Source: Nitrospira defluvii (GTDB lineage Bacteria > Nitrospirota > Nitrospiria > Nitrospirales > Nitrospiraceae). Taken from it: 64,000 bases of DNA. The stretch lies in contig WYAX01000022.1 in the NCBI GenBank assembly GCA_011525625.1, forward strand, positions 33,218-97,217, written 5' to 3'. The notes below the pieces were generated by a model. The model made no database searches. It worked only from the letters and a program-made list of their open reading frames with translations, and was not told the DNA's origin. A program made the translations under genes and the position numbers. Positions 37,301-45,637 of this stretch are shown one piece after another. Numbering within the stretch: the stretch's first letter is position 1; each line of letters begins with the position of its first letter.

Positions 37301-39110
37301 CTGTTCCGACCTCGGGCAGCCACTGCCACGCTTCTTCGAGATAGGCTGACACAGTCCCTGTGTCGGTGGACGGGGCGGTCTCGAGGCCGACCTGTTCCGG
37401 CGGCAGATGGTTCTTCCCCCAGGGGAGCGTTACCGAGAAGGTGCTGCCTTCGTCGAGGCGGCTCTCGACCTGGACCGTGCCTCCATGGAGCCGTACGATT
37501 TCCTGGACGATCGCCAATCCGATGCCGCTCCCCTCATGTGTCCGGCTTCGCCGGTGCTGGACTCGGTAGAATCGTTGAAACAGCCGCGGGAGCGCGTCAT
37601 CGGGGATGCCGACGCCGGTATCCCGCACCGCCAGCGTGACACCCTCCTGGTCGTGCCTGATCGACAGCGAGATTGCTCCCTGAAACGTATGTTTGAACGC
37701 GTTGCTGAGCAGGTTCAGCACAATCTTCTCCCACATGCTTCGATCGACAAAGACCGGTTGCGGCAGGGACGGGCAGTCGATACGGAAGGTGAGACCGGCT
37801 CCCTCAATGGCAGAGCGAAACCCGCTCGCCAGGTCTGCGCTGTAGGCGGCCAGGTCGGTCGGTTGATACAAGGCCTCGGCGCGGCCTGCTTCAATGCGTG
37901 AGAAGTCCAGCAGGATATTCACGAGTTTCAGGAGGCGCACACTGTTTCGATGGGCGACCTCTAGGTTGGTGTTCTGTGGCCGCTCGCGGAGTTCTTCCTC
38001 CAGGGGGCCGAGCATGAGCGTGAGGGGAGTGCGAAACTCGTGGCTGACATTGTGAAAGAACTCCGTCTTGGCCCGGTCCAATTCGGCTAGGGCCTCCGCG
38101 CGTCGCGCCTCGGACTGATAGGCTCTCGCATTGGTGAGGGCCATGGCAATTTGCGAGGCGACCATGCCGAAGAAATGCCGATAGTCCCCGTCCAACTGCC
38201 GACGCGGACTGACCGCGGCGATCAGCAGGACATTGCCGTCCTGATGGGTGCCTTGGGTGATGGGCAGGATGATCGCCTGTCTGGTCGGCTCGGGCCAGGC
38301 CCCCCCGGGGAGCCAGCCGAACCGATCGGCAAGATCCTCAAGGACCAGCGGGCTACTCTGTTGAAGCGCCGCTGCGAGAGGCCAGCTCGACCTGGTCTGG
38401 CGCTCGTGGAGGTCGATTCGGTCTTGCCTGGCAGGGTGGTCCTTCTCCAGCCCGACCGCGCCGGCGAGGGTGGCTTGGCCGCCGCTCCGATCCATTCGAT
38501 AGAGAAGTGCGAAGGGAAGATCGGCGGGGTCGGTGGCGAGTGATTGTAACGCCAGCACACACGCGTCGTCCTCGTGCTGAGCCGATCCGGAAAGGGAGGC
38601 GAGTTCGCGCAACAGGCGCGTGCGGCGATCGTTCAGGACGCGGTACGTGGTCTCTTGAACGATATTGAGGATCCCTTCGACCTGCCCGTCCTGGCCGCGA
38701 ATGGGATTCAGGCTGTAATCGAAGTAGCATTCTTCCGTATAACCGAACCGTTGCATGGGAAGCAGCTCGTCGCTTCTCCAGTTGGCCTCCCCTGTGGTGA
38801 GGACGCTCCGGTAGTAATGCTGAATCGTGGGCCACAACTCCGGCCAGACGTTTCTCGCCGGTTTGCCCAGAGCCCAGGGATGCTTTCCGCCCACGATCGG
38901 ACGCCAGGCGTCGTTATACAGGAGCCAGGAATCCTTCCCCCAATAGATGGCCATTGGGGTTTGGGCGGTCAGGCAGACACTCAAGGTGGAGACGAGTGCG
39001 GCAGGCCACCGTTCGATCGGACCGAGTGGAGTGTTCGACCACTCGAAGGCCTTGATACGTTCCCCCATTTCACTTCCGGTCAGCCAGTTGGACGGATGGT
39101 GTGCGTTCAT
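34383..39110 (-). CDS. Double-core hybrid histidine kinase HK4 (PAS-like, GAF, HisKA, HATPase, REC, PAS, GAF, PAS, HisKA_3, HATPase, REC)
   Basis: Two H-boxes (SHEFRTPL; ELHDYLAQ), two N-boxes (NLLSNAFKH; ELLMNVVKH), two receivers (SDIMMP; MDVNMP) in one 1575-aa ORF. Confidence 0.9.
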   Translation of the reverse strand: MNAHHPSNWLTGSEMGERIKAFEWSNTPLGPIERWPAALVSTLSVCLTAQTPMAIYWGKDSWLLYNDAWRPIVGGKHPWALGKPARNVWPELWPTIQHYYRSVLTTGEANWRSDELLPMQRFGYTEECYFDYSLNPIRGQDGQVEGILNIVQETTYRVLNDRRTRLLRELASLSGSAQHEDDACVLALQSLATDPADLPFALLYRMDRSGGQATLAGAVGLEKDHPARQDRIDLHERQTRSSWPLAAALQQSSPLVLEDLADRFGWLPGGAWPEPTRQAIILPITQGTHQDGNVLLIAAVSPRRQLDGDYRHFFGMVASQIAMALTNARAYQSEARRAEALAELDRAKTEFFHNVSHEFRTPLTLMLGPLEEELRERPQNTNLEVAHRNSVRLLKLVNILLDFSRIEAGRAEALYQPTDLAAYSADLASGFRSAIEGAGLTFRIDCPSLPQPVFVDRSMWEKIVLNLLSNAFKHTFQGAISLSIRHDQEGVTLAVRDTGVGIPDDALPRLFQRFYRVQHRRSRTHEGSGIGLAIVQEIVRLHGGTVQVESRLDEGSTFSVTLPWGKNHLPPEQVGLETAPSTDTGTVSAYLEEAWQWLPEVGTDVSREEAPSPDRPAIGRARILVADDNADMRRYIVRLLREHYEVNAVGDGLAALAEIRRRPPDVLLSDIMMPQLDGIGLARILRADPALRTIPIILLSARAGEEPRIEGLEQGADDYLVKPFSGRELLARVSAHLNLGRLRREAAGHIAASEAQLRAIVNHATVTVAQTDLTGRFQLVNRRLCDLLGYTESELLGMRMQDVTDPEDLPRNLDLFQQLAQGGPDFVIEKRYRRKDGTAVWMSVSVGGVREGTDLHSIVGVGLDISDRKRQEAQLLIVNRRQQWLYELADAVNRAEPSSRLYEQALHAMADAVHADRAAILLIDDEGVMRFRASRGLSADYQRAVEGHSPWTADQKDPPPLFIDQVAVSALSPELQATIQREGIRALAFIPLTYGGRLLGKFMLYFDRPRRMTDEEIEWSQALATTLALAVARAQADEVLRASEERLRLAMVAGRMGAWDLNLHTGETTWDAKQYELFGRPTDRPVRRAEEFYAALHPDDAAQVQDAAARAMDTGLFTSEFRVVHQDGTVRWLSGQGATVTDDQGRPVRMIGINYDITERKQAEQDLQRFAAQLEHRVDERTLELTQSREQLRALATELNLAGQRERQQVATELHDYLAQLLALSRIRLAQAMQHPMTPPLSRTLHELQEVTDQALTYTRTLVAQLSPPILKEFGLPMALRWLAEQMLQRELHVSLDFCPAELALPEDQAMLLFQSIRELLMNVVKHAGTKDAAIAVLVDDGHLRITVTDHGAGFLPAEKTALPRQGTVPGFGLLSIRERMLALGGRFDLCSRPGQGTVATLVMPLATRLQPTGSLLPPHEPVTSSSRTSKKYPGSSTYLDGRPHRPTPVIRVLIADDHAMVRQGLCGLLAGYADIEVLGEAANGQEAVALTTQLQPDVVLMDVNMPGLDGIEATRLIKEAMPSTIVIGLSVQNAGHVGMAMREAGAIAFLNKEAAVEDLYHTILTARNALLSTP

Positions 39111-39234
39111 CGTGAGGCCCGGCACAATGGAATGGTCGCGGATGGTGCTCGCCCGCCGAAGGGACCGTGAGTCACGACCGGACGATGCTCAGGAATCGCT
39201 GAAGGTTGTAGCATTCCCGCCGGCCTTCCCCCCA

Positions 39235-39250
39235 CTAGTGAAACCCCTAG
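39235..39250 (-). promoter_or_regulatory. CTAG-N8-CTAG box, perfect (CTAGtgaaacccCTAG) upstream of the HK4 operon
   Basis: TACAAC (39210..39205) 24 nt away on the - strand; exact reverse complement of the 10717 box. Confidence 0.85.
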
Positions 39251-39322
39251 CCGAGGGTCTGTGCGGGCTGTCCGGCTGGTCAGGGGATAGGTCTTCGAAC
39301 CATCTTTCCTGGCCCCCGGCCG

Positions 39323-39775
39323 CTACCCGGGCGGGGGGAGCTCCGGGGCGGTCTGTTCGAGGACGCCGACCACCCGGTGAGACGAGTCGAGTTTGAGCGT
39401 CACGCGCTCGCCGATCGACAGGTTGCGGAAGAGATCCGGATTGGGAATGGAAAAGGACACCGCCCTCCCCATATCCGTGGTCACGCGACCTGTTCGCTGA
39501 TCGAGGTTCAACTCGACCAACACACCGGACAGGGTCTCGGACGGGAATTCGTCTCGTTCGGCGATGCGGTGCAGCGCGGGCGAGCGGATCTCCCCGCGCT
39601 GTCCCAGAGACGGCGGAGTCGTGGGTGGTACGGGAATCGGATCAGACGGCTTCGGTGGTACGGTCGGGCCTGGTCCTGGCTGTGGAACGGGCAGAGGCAC
39701 CTCCGGTGTGCCGGCGGTCCATCCCCCCGTCAGTAGCGCGGTCACGATGAGTGCTCCGAGCAAGCGGTTACGCAT
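39323..39775 (-). CDS. Exported protein with Pro-rich linker and small beta domain
   Basis: GGGAGG RBS before MRNRLLGALIVTALL; PVPQPGPGPTVPP linker. Confidence 0.65.
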   Translation of the reverse strand: MRNRLLGALIVTALLTGGWTAGTPEVPLPVPQPGPGPTVPPKPSDPIPVPPTTPPSLGQRGEIRSPALHRIAERDEFPSETLSGVLVELNLDQRTGRVTTDMGRAVSFSIPNPDLFRNLSIGERVTLKLDSSHRVVGVLEQTAPELPPPG

Positions 39776-39828
39776 GGTGTCCCTCCCGGAGCGGCTCGAG
39801 AACCGTCGGACGGTGATCCCATGGCCGC

Positions 39829-40224
39829 TCACGCATGGCCGGTCGACGCAGCGGGAATGGTTTCCGCCACCATCTGGTGACAGAGCGCGGCGCAATGTCG
39901 ACACACCTTCGCGCAATCTCCGCAAGCCGCGTGGTGTGGAGCATGCTGCTCGCAGAGCCCGGCGCAGAGCTCGCAAATCTCTGCACAGAGCGCGCAGATA
40001 CGAATGGAAAAGGCCGAGTTCCGGCCCATCCATTGAGCCGCCAGAAGACAGATATCCGCACAGTCTCGGCAGAGTCTGATGCAGCGGACCATGAGGTCAT
40101 CGGTGTCTTCATGAGGCATGCCGATCATGTCGTCCGCGCAGGCGTTGCAAACGTGCGCGCAATCCATGCACGCCTCGATACAGTCGATGGTGTGTTGTTC
40201 GTGTGAATGAGTCACTGCCGCCAT
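39829..40224 (-). CDS. Cys-rich four-helix-bundle copper storage protein (Csp3/DUF326 type)
   Basis: Repeated CxxxC/CxxC along four helices; no signal peptide; AAGGAGG RBS. Confidence 0.88.
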   Translation of the reverse strand: MAAVTHSHEQHTIDCIEACMDCAHVCNACADDMIGMPHEDTDDLMVRCIRLCRDCADICLLAAQWMGRNSAFSIRICALCAEICELCAGLCEQHAPHHAACGDCAKVCRHCAALCHQMVAETIPAASTGHA

Positions 40225-40297
40225 GCTCGCCTCCTTCCCATGTCGCTCACGTCTTCATCACAGAGCTCAGGGTACGCCGGGAGGAGCGACAGGCCTA

Positions 40298-40313
40298 CTA
40301 GGAAAACCGCTCG
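40298..40313 (-). promoter_or_regulatory. CTAG-N8-CTAG box (CTAGgaaaaccgCTCG)
   Basis: TACCCT (40274..40269) 23 nt away on the - strand, facing the Csp3-like gene. Confidence 0.75.
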
Positions 40314-40329
40314 TTCTGTCCGCCATCGA

Positions 40330-40345
40330 CTAGGGAGATGACTAG
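40330..40345 (+). promoter_or_regulatory. CTAG-N8-CTAG box, perfect (CTAGggagatgaCTAG)
   Basis: TAGAGT (40370..40375) 24 nt downstream, facing the PLD gene. Confidence 0.85.
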
Positions 40346-40384
40346 CTCAGGAGGCACTCGACCCTCATATAGAGTAGCGGGCAC

Positions 40385-42661
40385 ATGCACCCGAAGACTG
40401 TCACAACCGGCGACGCCATGACAGTTCCTCTTGCGGAACGGTTACAGAAACCCGAGCATCGAGAACGCTCGGGAAACCTCTCCGATCGATCACCGGACGA
40501 TACTCCATCGTCGATTCTCCAATCGGGACAGACCTGCTGGCGCATTGAACCGGCGGAGCGAGCCGCCTTCCTCATCGACGGCGAGGCCTATTTCCGGACC
40601 TTCCGGGACGTGGCGTTGCGGGCCACTCAGTCGATCTACATTGCAGGGTGGGACCTCGACACGCAGGTGGAACTTGTGCGAGGGGCCGAAGCGGCCTCAC
40701 CCGTGCCCTCCAAACTCGGGGCGTTCCTGGCCTCGCTCTTACGCCGCAATCGCCGTCTGCACATTCACGTACTCAATTGGGATTTTGCCATGATCTATGC
40801 CCTTGAGCGTGAATGGATGCCGACGGCGCAAGCCGGATGGACCGGGCATCGCCGGTTATTGTATCGAGTGGACGGCCAACATCCGCTCGGCGCCTCCCAC
40901 CATCAGAAGCTCGTTGTGATCGACGAGACGGCGGCCTTCGTGGGCGGCCTGGATCTCACGAAATCGAGATGGGATACGAGCGCCCACGCGGCCTCGGATG
41001 CACGCCGCGTCGACGCCGACGGACAGGCCTATCCTCCGTTTCATGACGTGCAGATGATGGTCGCGGGGGAGGCGGCTGGTGCCCTCGGAGACTTGTTTCG
41101 TGACCGGTGGCAGGTCGCGACGGGACGGCGCCCTCCCAGGCCTGCACGACGCCCGGTCACGGACCTCTGGCCCGCGACGTTGCAACCCGACCTGGAGCAG
41201 TGCGAGGTGGGGGTGATGCGAACCCAACCCAGTTTTGCAGGGCAGGCCGAGGTGCGGGAGATCGAGCGGGCCTATCTCGAAGCCATTAAACGGGCGCGAC
41301 AGTCGATCTATATTGAGTCGCAATATTTCACGTCCCACGCCATCGGACGTGCCCTGGCAGCCCGGTTGTCCGAACATGAGGGGCCGGAGGTGGTGCTGGT
41401 GTTGCGCCACAATTGCGACGGCTGGTTGGAGCGTAGGACGATGGACAGTGTGCGGGCCAAGGTTCTCCATGACCTGGAACTGGCCGATCATTATGGGCGG
41501 TTGTCCGTCTATGCCCCGACCGTACCGGGGAGCGAGGGCTCCGACTGGGTGGCCATCCATAGCAAACTATTGATCGTCGACGACGAGTTCGTCTGTGTGG
41601 GCTCGGCGAACGTGTCCAATCGGTCGATGGGGTTCGATACCGAATGTAATCTCGCCGTCGAGGCACGGAACGAACCCGGGGTTCAGGCCGTCATTGCCGG
41701 ACTGCGGAGCCGACTGATCGGCGAACACCTCGGCGTCGCGCCTATACGGGTGATCGAAGAGGTGCGGCATTGCGGCTCATTGATCCATGCCATCACGGCG
41801 TTGCGCGGGGGGCCGCGCAGCTTGGAGAGCGGGTGTTTCACCGGCACCGATGTGCCCGCAGTGATTCCGGAACAACGTCTGGTCGATCCGGAACGTGCAA
41901 TGGGGATGGGTGAAGTGCTCGGCACGATTGTGCCTGTCCCGGAACGTCATCGTTTGGGCCGCAGACTGCTGGCCGGATATCTGCTGCTGGGGACGATCGG
42001 ACTCCTCGCCCTCGCCTGGCGATGGATTCCGCTGGACGACTGGATTCAGGCCAGCGGGGTGGTCGCACAACTTCAGAGCTTGAGCCGCAGTCCGCTGGGG
42101 CTCCTCGCGCTGCTGGGAGGGTATGTGGTCGGCGGGTTACTCGCGGTGCCCATCACGCTGCTGATCATCCTGACATTGCTCGCCTGCGGACCGTGGTTGG
42201 GGATGAGCTCCGCCTTGGCGGGATCGCTGCTGAGTGCGGCGACGCTGTTCGGGTTGGGACGGGTTTTGGGACGGTACCATGTGCAGCGATTCGCCGGTCG
42301 CCGTGTGGCCTATCTCAGTCGGCGATTGGCGCAGCGGGGTACCTGGACGGTGTTCTTGGTCCGGGTGATCCCCGTCGCCCCGTTCTCGATCGTGAACCTG
42401 GTCGCCGGATCGACGTCGATCTCATTGCGAGAGTTCCTGCTGGGCACGGCGTTAGGAATGAGCCCGGGCATTGTGCTGCTGTCCGCCATTCTGAATGGGT
42501 TGGACGGGGTGTTGCAGGCTCCCACACCCGGAGCCCTGGTCGGCGTCGGGTTGTTCGTCGGATTGACGTGGACTGTGCTTCGATATGTGTTACGCCATGC
42601 CCCGCTCGTGCCGCCGGTTACCTCGGCAGGGCGAGAGAGCATGGCACGTCCCACGTCCTAG
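40385..42661 (+). CDS. Phospholipase D/cardiolipin synthase-like protein fused to a VTT/DedA domain
   Basis: Two HKD motifs (HQKLVVID, HSKLLIVD); C-terminal VRVIPVAPFSIVNL..FLLGTALGMSPG. Confidence 0.88.
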   Translation: MHPKTVTTGDAMTVPLAERLQKPEHRERSGNLSDRSPDDTPSSILQSGQTCWRIEPAERAAFLIDGEAYFRTFRDVALRATQSIYIAGWDLDTQVELVRGAEAASPVPSKLGAFLASLLRRNRRLHIHVLNWDFAMIYALEREWMPTAQAGWTGHRRLLYRVDGQHPLGASHHQKLVVIDETAAFVGGLDLTKSRWDTSAHAASDARRVDADGQAYPPFHDVQMMVAGEAAGALGDLFRDRWQVATGRRPPRPARRPVTDLWPATLQPDLEQCEVGVMRTQPSFAGQAEVREIERAYLEAIKRARQSIYIESQYFTSHAIGRALAARLSEHEGPEVVLVLRHNCDGWLERRTMDSVRAKVLHDLELADHYGRLSVYAPTVPGSEGSDWVAIHSKLLIVDDEFVCVGSANVSNRSMGFDTECNLAVEARNEPGVQAVIAGLRSRLIGEHLGVAPIRVIEEVRHCGSLIHAITALRGGPRSLESGCFTGTDVPAVIPEQRLVDPERAMGMGEVLGTIVPVPERHRLGRRLLAGYLLLGTIGLLALAWRWIPLDDWIQASGVVAQLQSLSRSPLGLLALLGGYVVGGLLAVPITLLIILTLLACGPWLGMSSALAGSLLSAATLFGLGRVLGRYHVQRFAGRRVAYLSRRLAQRGTWTVFLVRVIPVAPFSIVNLVAGSTSISLREFLLGTALGMSPGIVLLSAILNGLDGVLQAPTPGALVGVGLFVGLTWTVLRYVLRHAPLVPPVTSAGRESMARPTS

Positions 42662-42682
42662 ATCACAAAGGATCGTTCGACC

Positions 42683-43408
42683 ATGCAGTTGCGCGTGGCC
42701 TCCTACAACATCCATCGGGCGATCGGAAAAGACGGGCGGTATGAGCCAGGGAGGATCCTGCGCGTATTGTCGGAGTTGAAGGCGGACATTGTGGCGTTAC
42801 AGGAAATCGATTTGAAGGAGCCGGACGGTCTCCAGCTACTGCCTTGGTTGGCGGCTCGTACCGGCCTAACGGCCATACCGGGTCCGGTCCGTTCGCGAGG
42901 GCCATGTCAGTACGGGAACGCCTTGTTGACCCGCTTCCCCGTGACGGGCGTGCGTCACTGGGACCTGTCCGTCGGACTCCATGAACCTCGCGGTGCGCTG
43001 GATGTCGATCTGCGGTGGCGCGGCCGGACGATGCATGTCGTTACCACGCATCTCGGTTTGTGGCCGCGGGAACGCCCCCTGCAGGTTGAGCGTTTGCTGA
43101 AAGTATTTGCGACGAGCCGACACGATCTCACCGTTCTCATGGGAGACCTCAACGAATGGAACGTGCGAGGAAAAGCGTTGCGGGGAGTGAGCGGCCTGTT
43201 CGGCGCGTCATCTTCCCCGGCCACCTTTCCCGCCCGCTGCCCGATGCTCCCGTTGGATCGTATCTGGATTGCGCCAGCCCAGGCATTGCTGTCTGTGGCG
43301 GTGCACGACACCCCGCTGAGCCGTCTGGCCTCGGATCACCTACCGATCAAGGCCGATATCCGCTTCCCGCGTGGATCGGTTCCAGTGACTCGGTCACCGG
43401 TGGCGTGA
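42683..43408 (+). CDS. Endonuclease/exonuclease/phosphatase family protein
   Basis: ASYNIH, ALQEID, YGNALL, THLGL, MGDLN, LDRIW, ASDHLP. Confidence 0.9.
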   Translation: MQLRVASYNIHRAIGKDGRYEPGRILRVLSELKADIVALQEIDLKEPDGLQLLPWLAARTGLTAIPGPVRSRGPCQYGNALLTRFPVTGVRHWDLSVGLHEPRGALDVDLRWRGRTMHVVTTHLGLWPRERPLQVERLLKVFATSRHDLTVLMGDLNEWNVRGKALRGVSGLFGASSSPATFPARCPMLPLDRIWIAPAQALLSVAVHDTPLSRLASDHLPIKADIRFPRGSVPVTRSPVA

Positions 43409-43619
43409 GGGCCACGGGGCTGCTGTCGCGCCGCGAAAATTTGCTGGCGCAGCCGGGACAGTAGGCATGCGTCAAGCGGTACTCGCCGCTGTGAAGCCGA
43501 TGGCGTGAGAGATACGCAGACAGCGGCCCCCATGGCTGGTCGGGGTTCCCCTTGGCGGAATCATCTCGCACGTTATTGCAGACACAACAAATGGCGATGA
43601 ATTGTTCCTGACTCATCAT
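43347..43619 (-). CDS. Small putative Zn-binding protein (ICCVC...THAYCPGC)
   Basis: GGAGG RBS; Cys/His motif; 3' end overlaps the convergent EEP gene by 62 nt. Confidence 0.6.
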   Translation of the reverse strand: MMSQEQFIAICCVCNNVRDDSAKGNPDQPWGPLSAYLSRHRLHSGEYRLTHAYCPGCASKFSRRDSSPVALTPPVTESLEPIHAGSGYRP

Positions 43620-43688
43620 GAGACCTCCAGTCGGTGAGAGAGAGTGGTCCGTGATATCTATGCGGGGCCCGGTGATCATATCCCCATG

Positions 43689-43717
43689 ACCCGCCGTCCT
43701 CGTTCCGGACGGCGGGT
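43689..43717. terminator. 11-bp stem hairpin, possible terminator of the 44171..43734 gene
   Basis: ACCCGCCGTCC-tcgttcc-GGACGGCGGGT just after the stop codon; no clear U-tract. Confidence 0.45.
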
Positions 43718-43733
43718 GATTCTGAGAACGGAC

Positions 43734-44171
43734 TTACTGCACGGTCACCGAGCCGTGCGTGTTCGCTGCATGGCTCTTCCCGTCGGATGACGCCTGCACC
43801 GAATACTTGAAGGTGCCGATGCGAGTAAAACAGAGACCCGCGGTTTCATTGCTGGCCAACTGGGTGCTGTTATCGAATCCCATGCCCATGGCCTTGGAAA
43901 ATCCGTTGCGGCAGGAGACGGAGTGATCAGCGACCTGATCGATCGTCACCGTCACCGCCTCTTGTCGCTGATTGATCCACCGAATTTCGTCGCCGGCCCG
44001 CACGGTGAGACTCTCCGGATGAATGGTCTCGTTGATGACGATATTTCTCACCATCCCCGTCTTCGTGCCGGCTTCGGTCTCCGATACCGTCTTTGTGGCC
44101 GTGGGGGAATGGGAACAGGCGCTCAGGGTCAGTACCGCCACGGCCACCAATCCAGGGATCATCGTTTTCAT
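43734..44171 (-). CDS. Lipoprotein with cupredoxin-like fold
   Basis: GAGGAGG RBS; lipobox LTLSAC; PESLTVRAGDEIRWIN...FTRIGTFKYSV; full Cu-ligand set not evident. Confidence 0.65.
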   Translation of the reverse strand: MKTMIPGLVAVAVLTLSACSHSPTATKTVSETEAGTKTGMVRNIVINETIHPESLTVRAGDEIRWINQRQEAVTVTIDQVADHSVSCRNGFSKAMGMGFDNSTQLASNETAGLCFTRIGTFKYSVQASSDGKSHAANTHGSVTVQ

Positions 44172-44262
44172 CGTTATCCTCCTCAAATAGAATGAACATG
44201 CCTGCCTTCCACACGTCGGAAATGCTCTCTCGCAGAGTCTCACGGCCCCGTCGCGTCACATA

Positions 44263-44278
44263 CTCGGGATACCCCCAG
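44263..44278 (+). promoter_or_regulatory. Degenerate box (CTCGggatacccCCAG)
   Basis: Two mismatches; TATTGC (44303..44308) 24 nt downstream. Confidence 0.55.
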
Positions 44279-44364
44279 TGTGCGCCGCTTTTGGAACTGG
44301 GGTATTGCTGAATGCACCGGTCTCGATGGCGGAGCGAAACGTGGCTCGAGCGAAGGTGGAGGAG

Positions 44365-45234
44365 ATGCAACTCAGAGCGGCGTGGGGGCGCACTCTTGCT
44401 GCCAGGCTGGTGATCTTGCTCTCGGTCGGGTGGCTGGTGAGCGGCTGTGCGTTGACTCTGAGCTACCGGCATGCGGATTGGCTCATCGAGTGGCAGGCGG
44501 ATCACTATTTCGATCTGACCTCGGGTCAACATCGCGATCTCCGATCGCGTACCGCCGGGCTCTTGCTTCGTCACCGCACGGAGGCGCTCCCGGAATATGC
44601 GGCGTTTTTAGGAGAACTGAAGGAGCGGCTCAGCAAGGGGCTGTCGCCCGGGGACATGGAGTGGGCATTCGCGGCCTATGATCGGTTCCGAAACGATCTT
44701 GTCGAGCGCGTCCTTCACGACGGGAGCGCCTTCTTGACGACGGTGAGTGAACCACAGATACGGCATGTGGAGAAGGTTCTGATCCACGAAGAGAGGAAAG
44801 CCCGGGAATCATTCGACGGGTCGCGCGATGCCCGCGCCTCGACCAGGGCGGACAAAGCCCTCGCTCTGGCGAGGAAATGGATCGGACCGTTGCAGGCCGG
44901 ACAGGTGGCGCAACTGCGTGCGTCCGTGCGAGCGCTTCCCGACGTTGAGCCGGTCTGGTTGGAGTCTCGCCGGCAACGCCGGCAGGCCTTTGTCGCCTTA
45001 CTCAGAGAAGGAGCCAGGGGGCAGCACCTCGCGGATCGGTTGCGGGGGATTGTGAATCCGTCCGTGGAGCAGTCGGGATCGGCCCGTGCGCGACTGGATG
45101 GGGAGTGGCGCGCGGGAGTGACGGCGGTAATCTTGGAACTCGATCGTCTGCTGACGCCGCTCCAACGAGGGCGGGCCTTGTCATCCATCCAAGACGTGCT
45201 GGACGACATCCGCACGCTGACCCGCGACCCGTGA
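44365..45234 (+). CDS. DUF6279-like lipoprotein
   Basis: Lipobox LVSGC; SYRHADWLIEWQADHYFDL...HRTEALPEY...LTPLQR; start uncertain. Confidence 0.7.
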   Translation: MQLRAAWGRTLAARLVILLSVGWLVSGCALTLSYRHADWLIEWQADHYFDLTSGQHRDLRSRTAGLLLRHRTEALPEYAAFLGELKERLSKGLSPGDMEWAFAAYDRFRNDLVERVLHDGSAFLTTVSEPQIRHVEKVLIHEERKARESFDGSRDARASTRADKALALARKWIGPLQAGQVAQLRASVRALPDVEPVWLESRRQRRQAFVALLREGARGQHLADRLRGIVNPSVEQSGSARARLDGEWRAGVTAVILELDRLLTPLQRGRALSSIQDVLDDIRTLTRDP

Positions 45235-45489
45235 TCAGAAGTGGACGACTCCGAACAACCAGAGTAGGAGAATCAGGCTCACGGGCACACCCAACAACCA
45301 CAAGATGATCGGCATGGCAGACTCCTTTCAGTAGGTCCGTCCCTCACTCACGGATGGGTTGGGAGGAAAAGACGCCGGGTTTTCACGCGACGCCTCTTCC
45401 TCCTCGATAGAGCGGGCCTGTCCGATCGGGACGGGAAAGGACCTGCGCGCTCTTGTGCGTACCATGCGGCGGCAGACGAGCGTTCGACA

Positions 45490-45505
45490 CTAGGAGACCC
45501 CCTGG
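45490..45505 (+). promoter_or_regulatory. CTAG-N8-CTAG box (CTAGgagaccccCTGG) upstream of the Ku relic
   Basis: One mismatch; only a weak TATCGC at 22 nt. Confidence 0.55.
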
Positions 45506-45637
45506 ATTGCCGCGGGAAACACCAGAGTATCGCGACGGCGACGCCGGCGAGTGGCCAAACTGGGGATACGCCGAGTGGGCGTCCTGGAGGACGCCTGGTA
45601 TGGGTGAGCTGAAGACGGGTAGACAGAAGGGGGGCAT

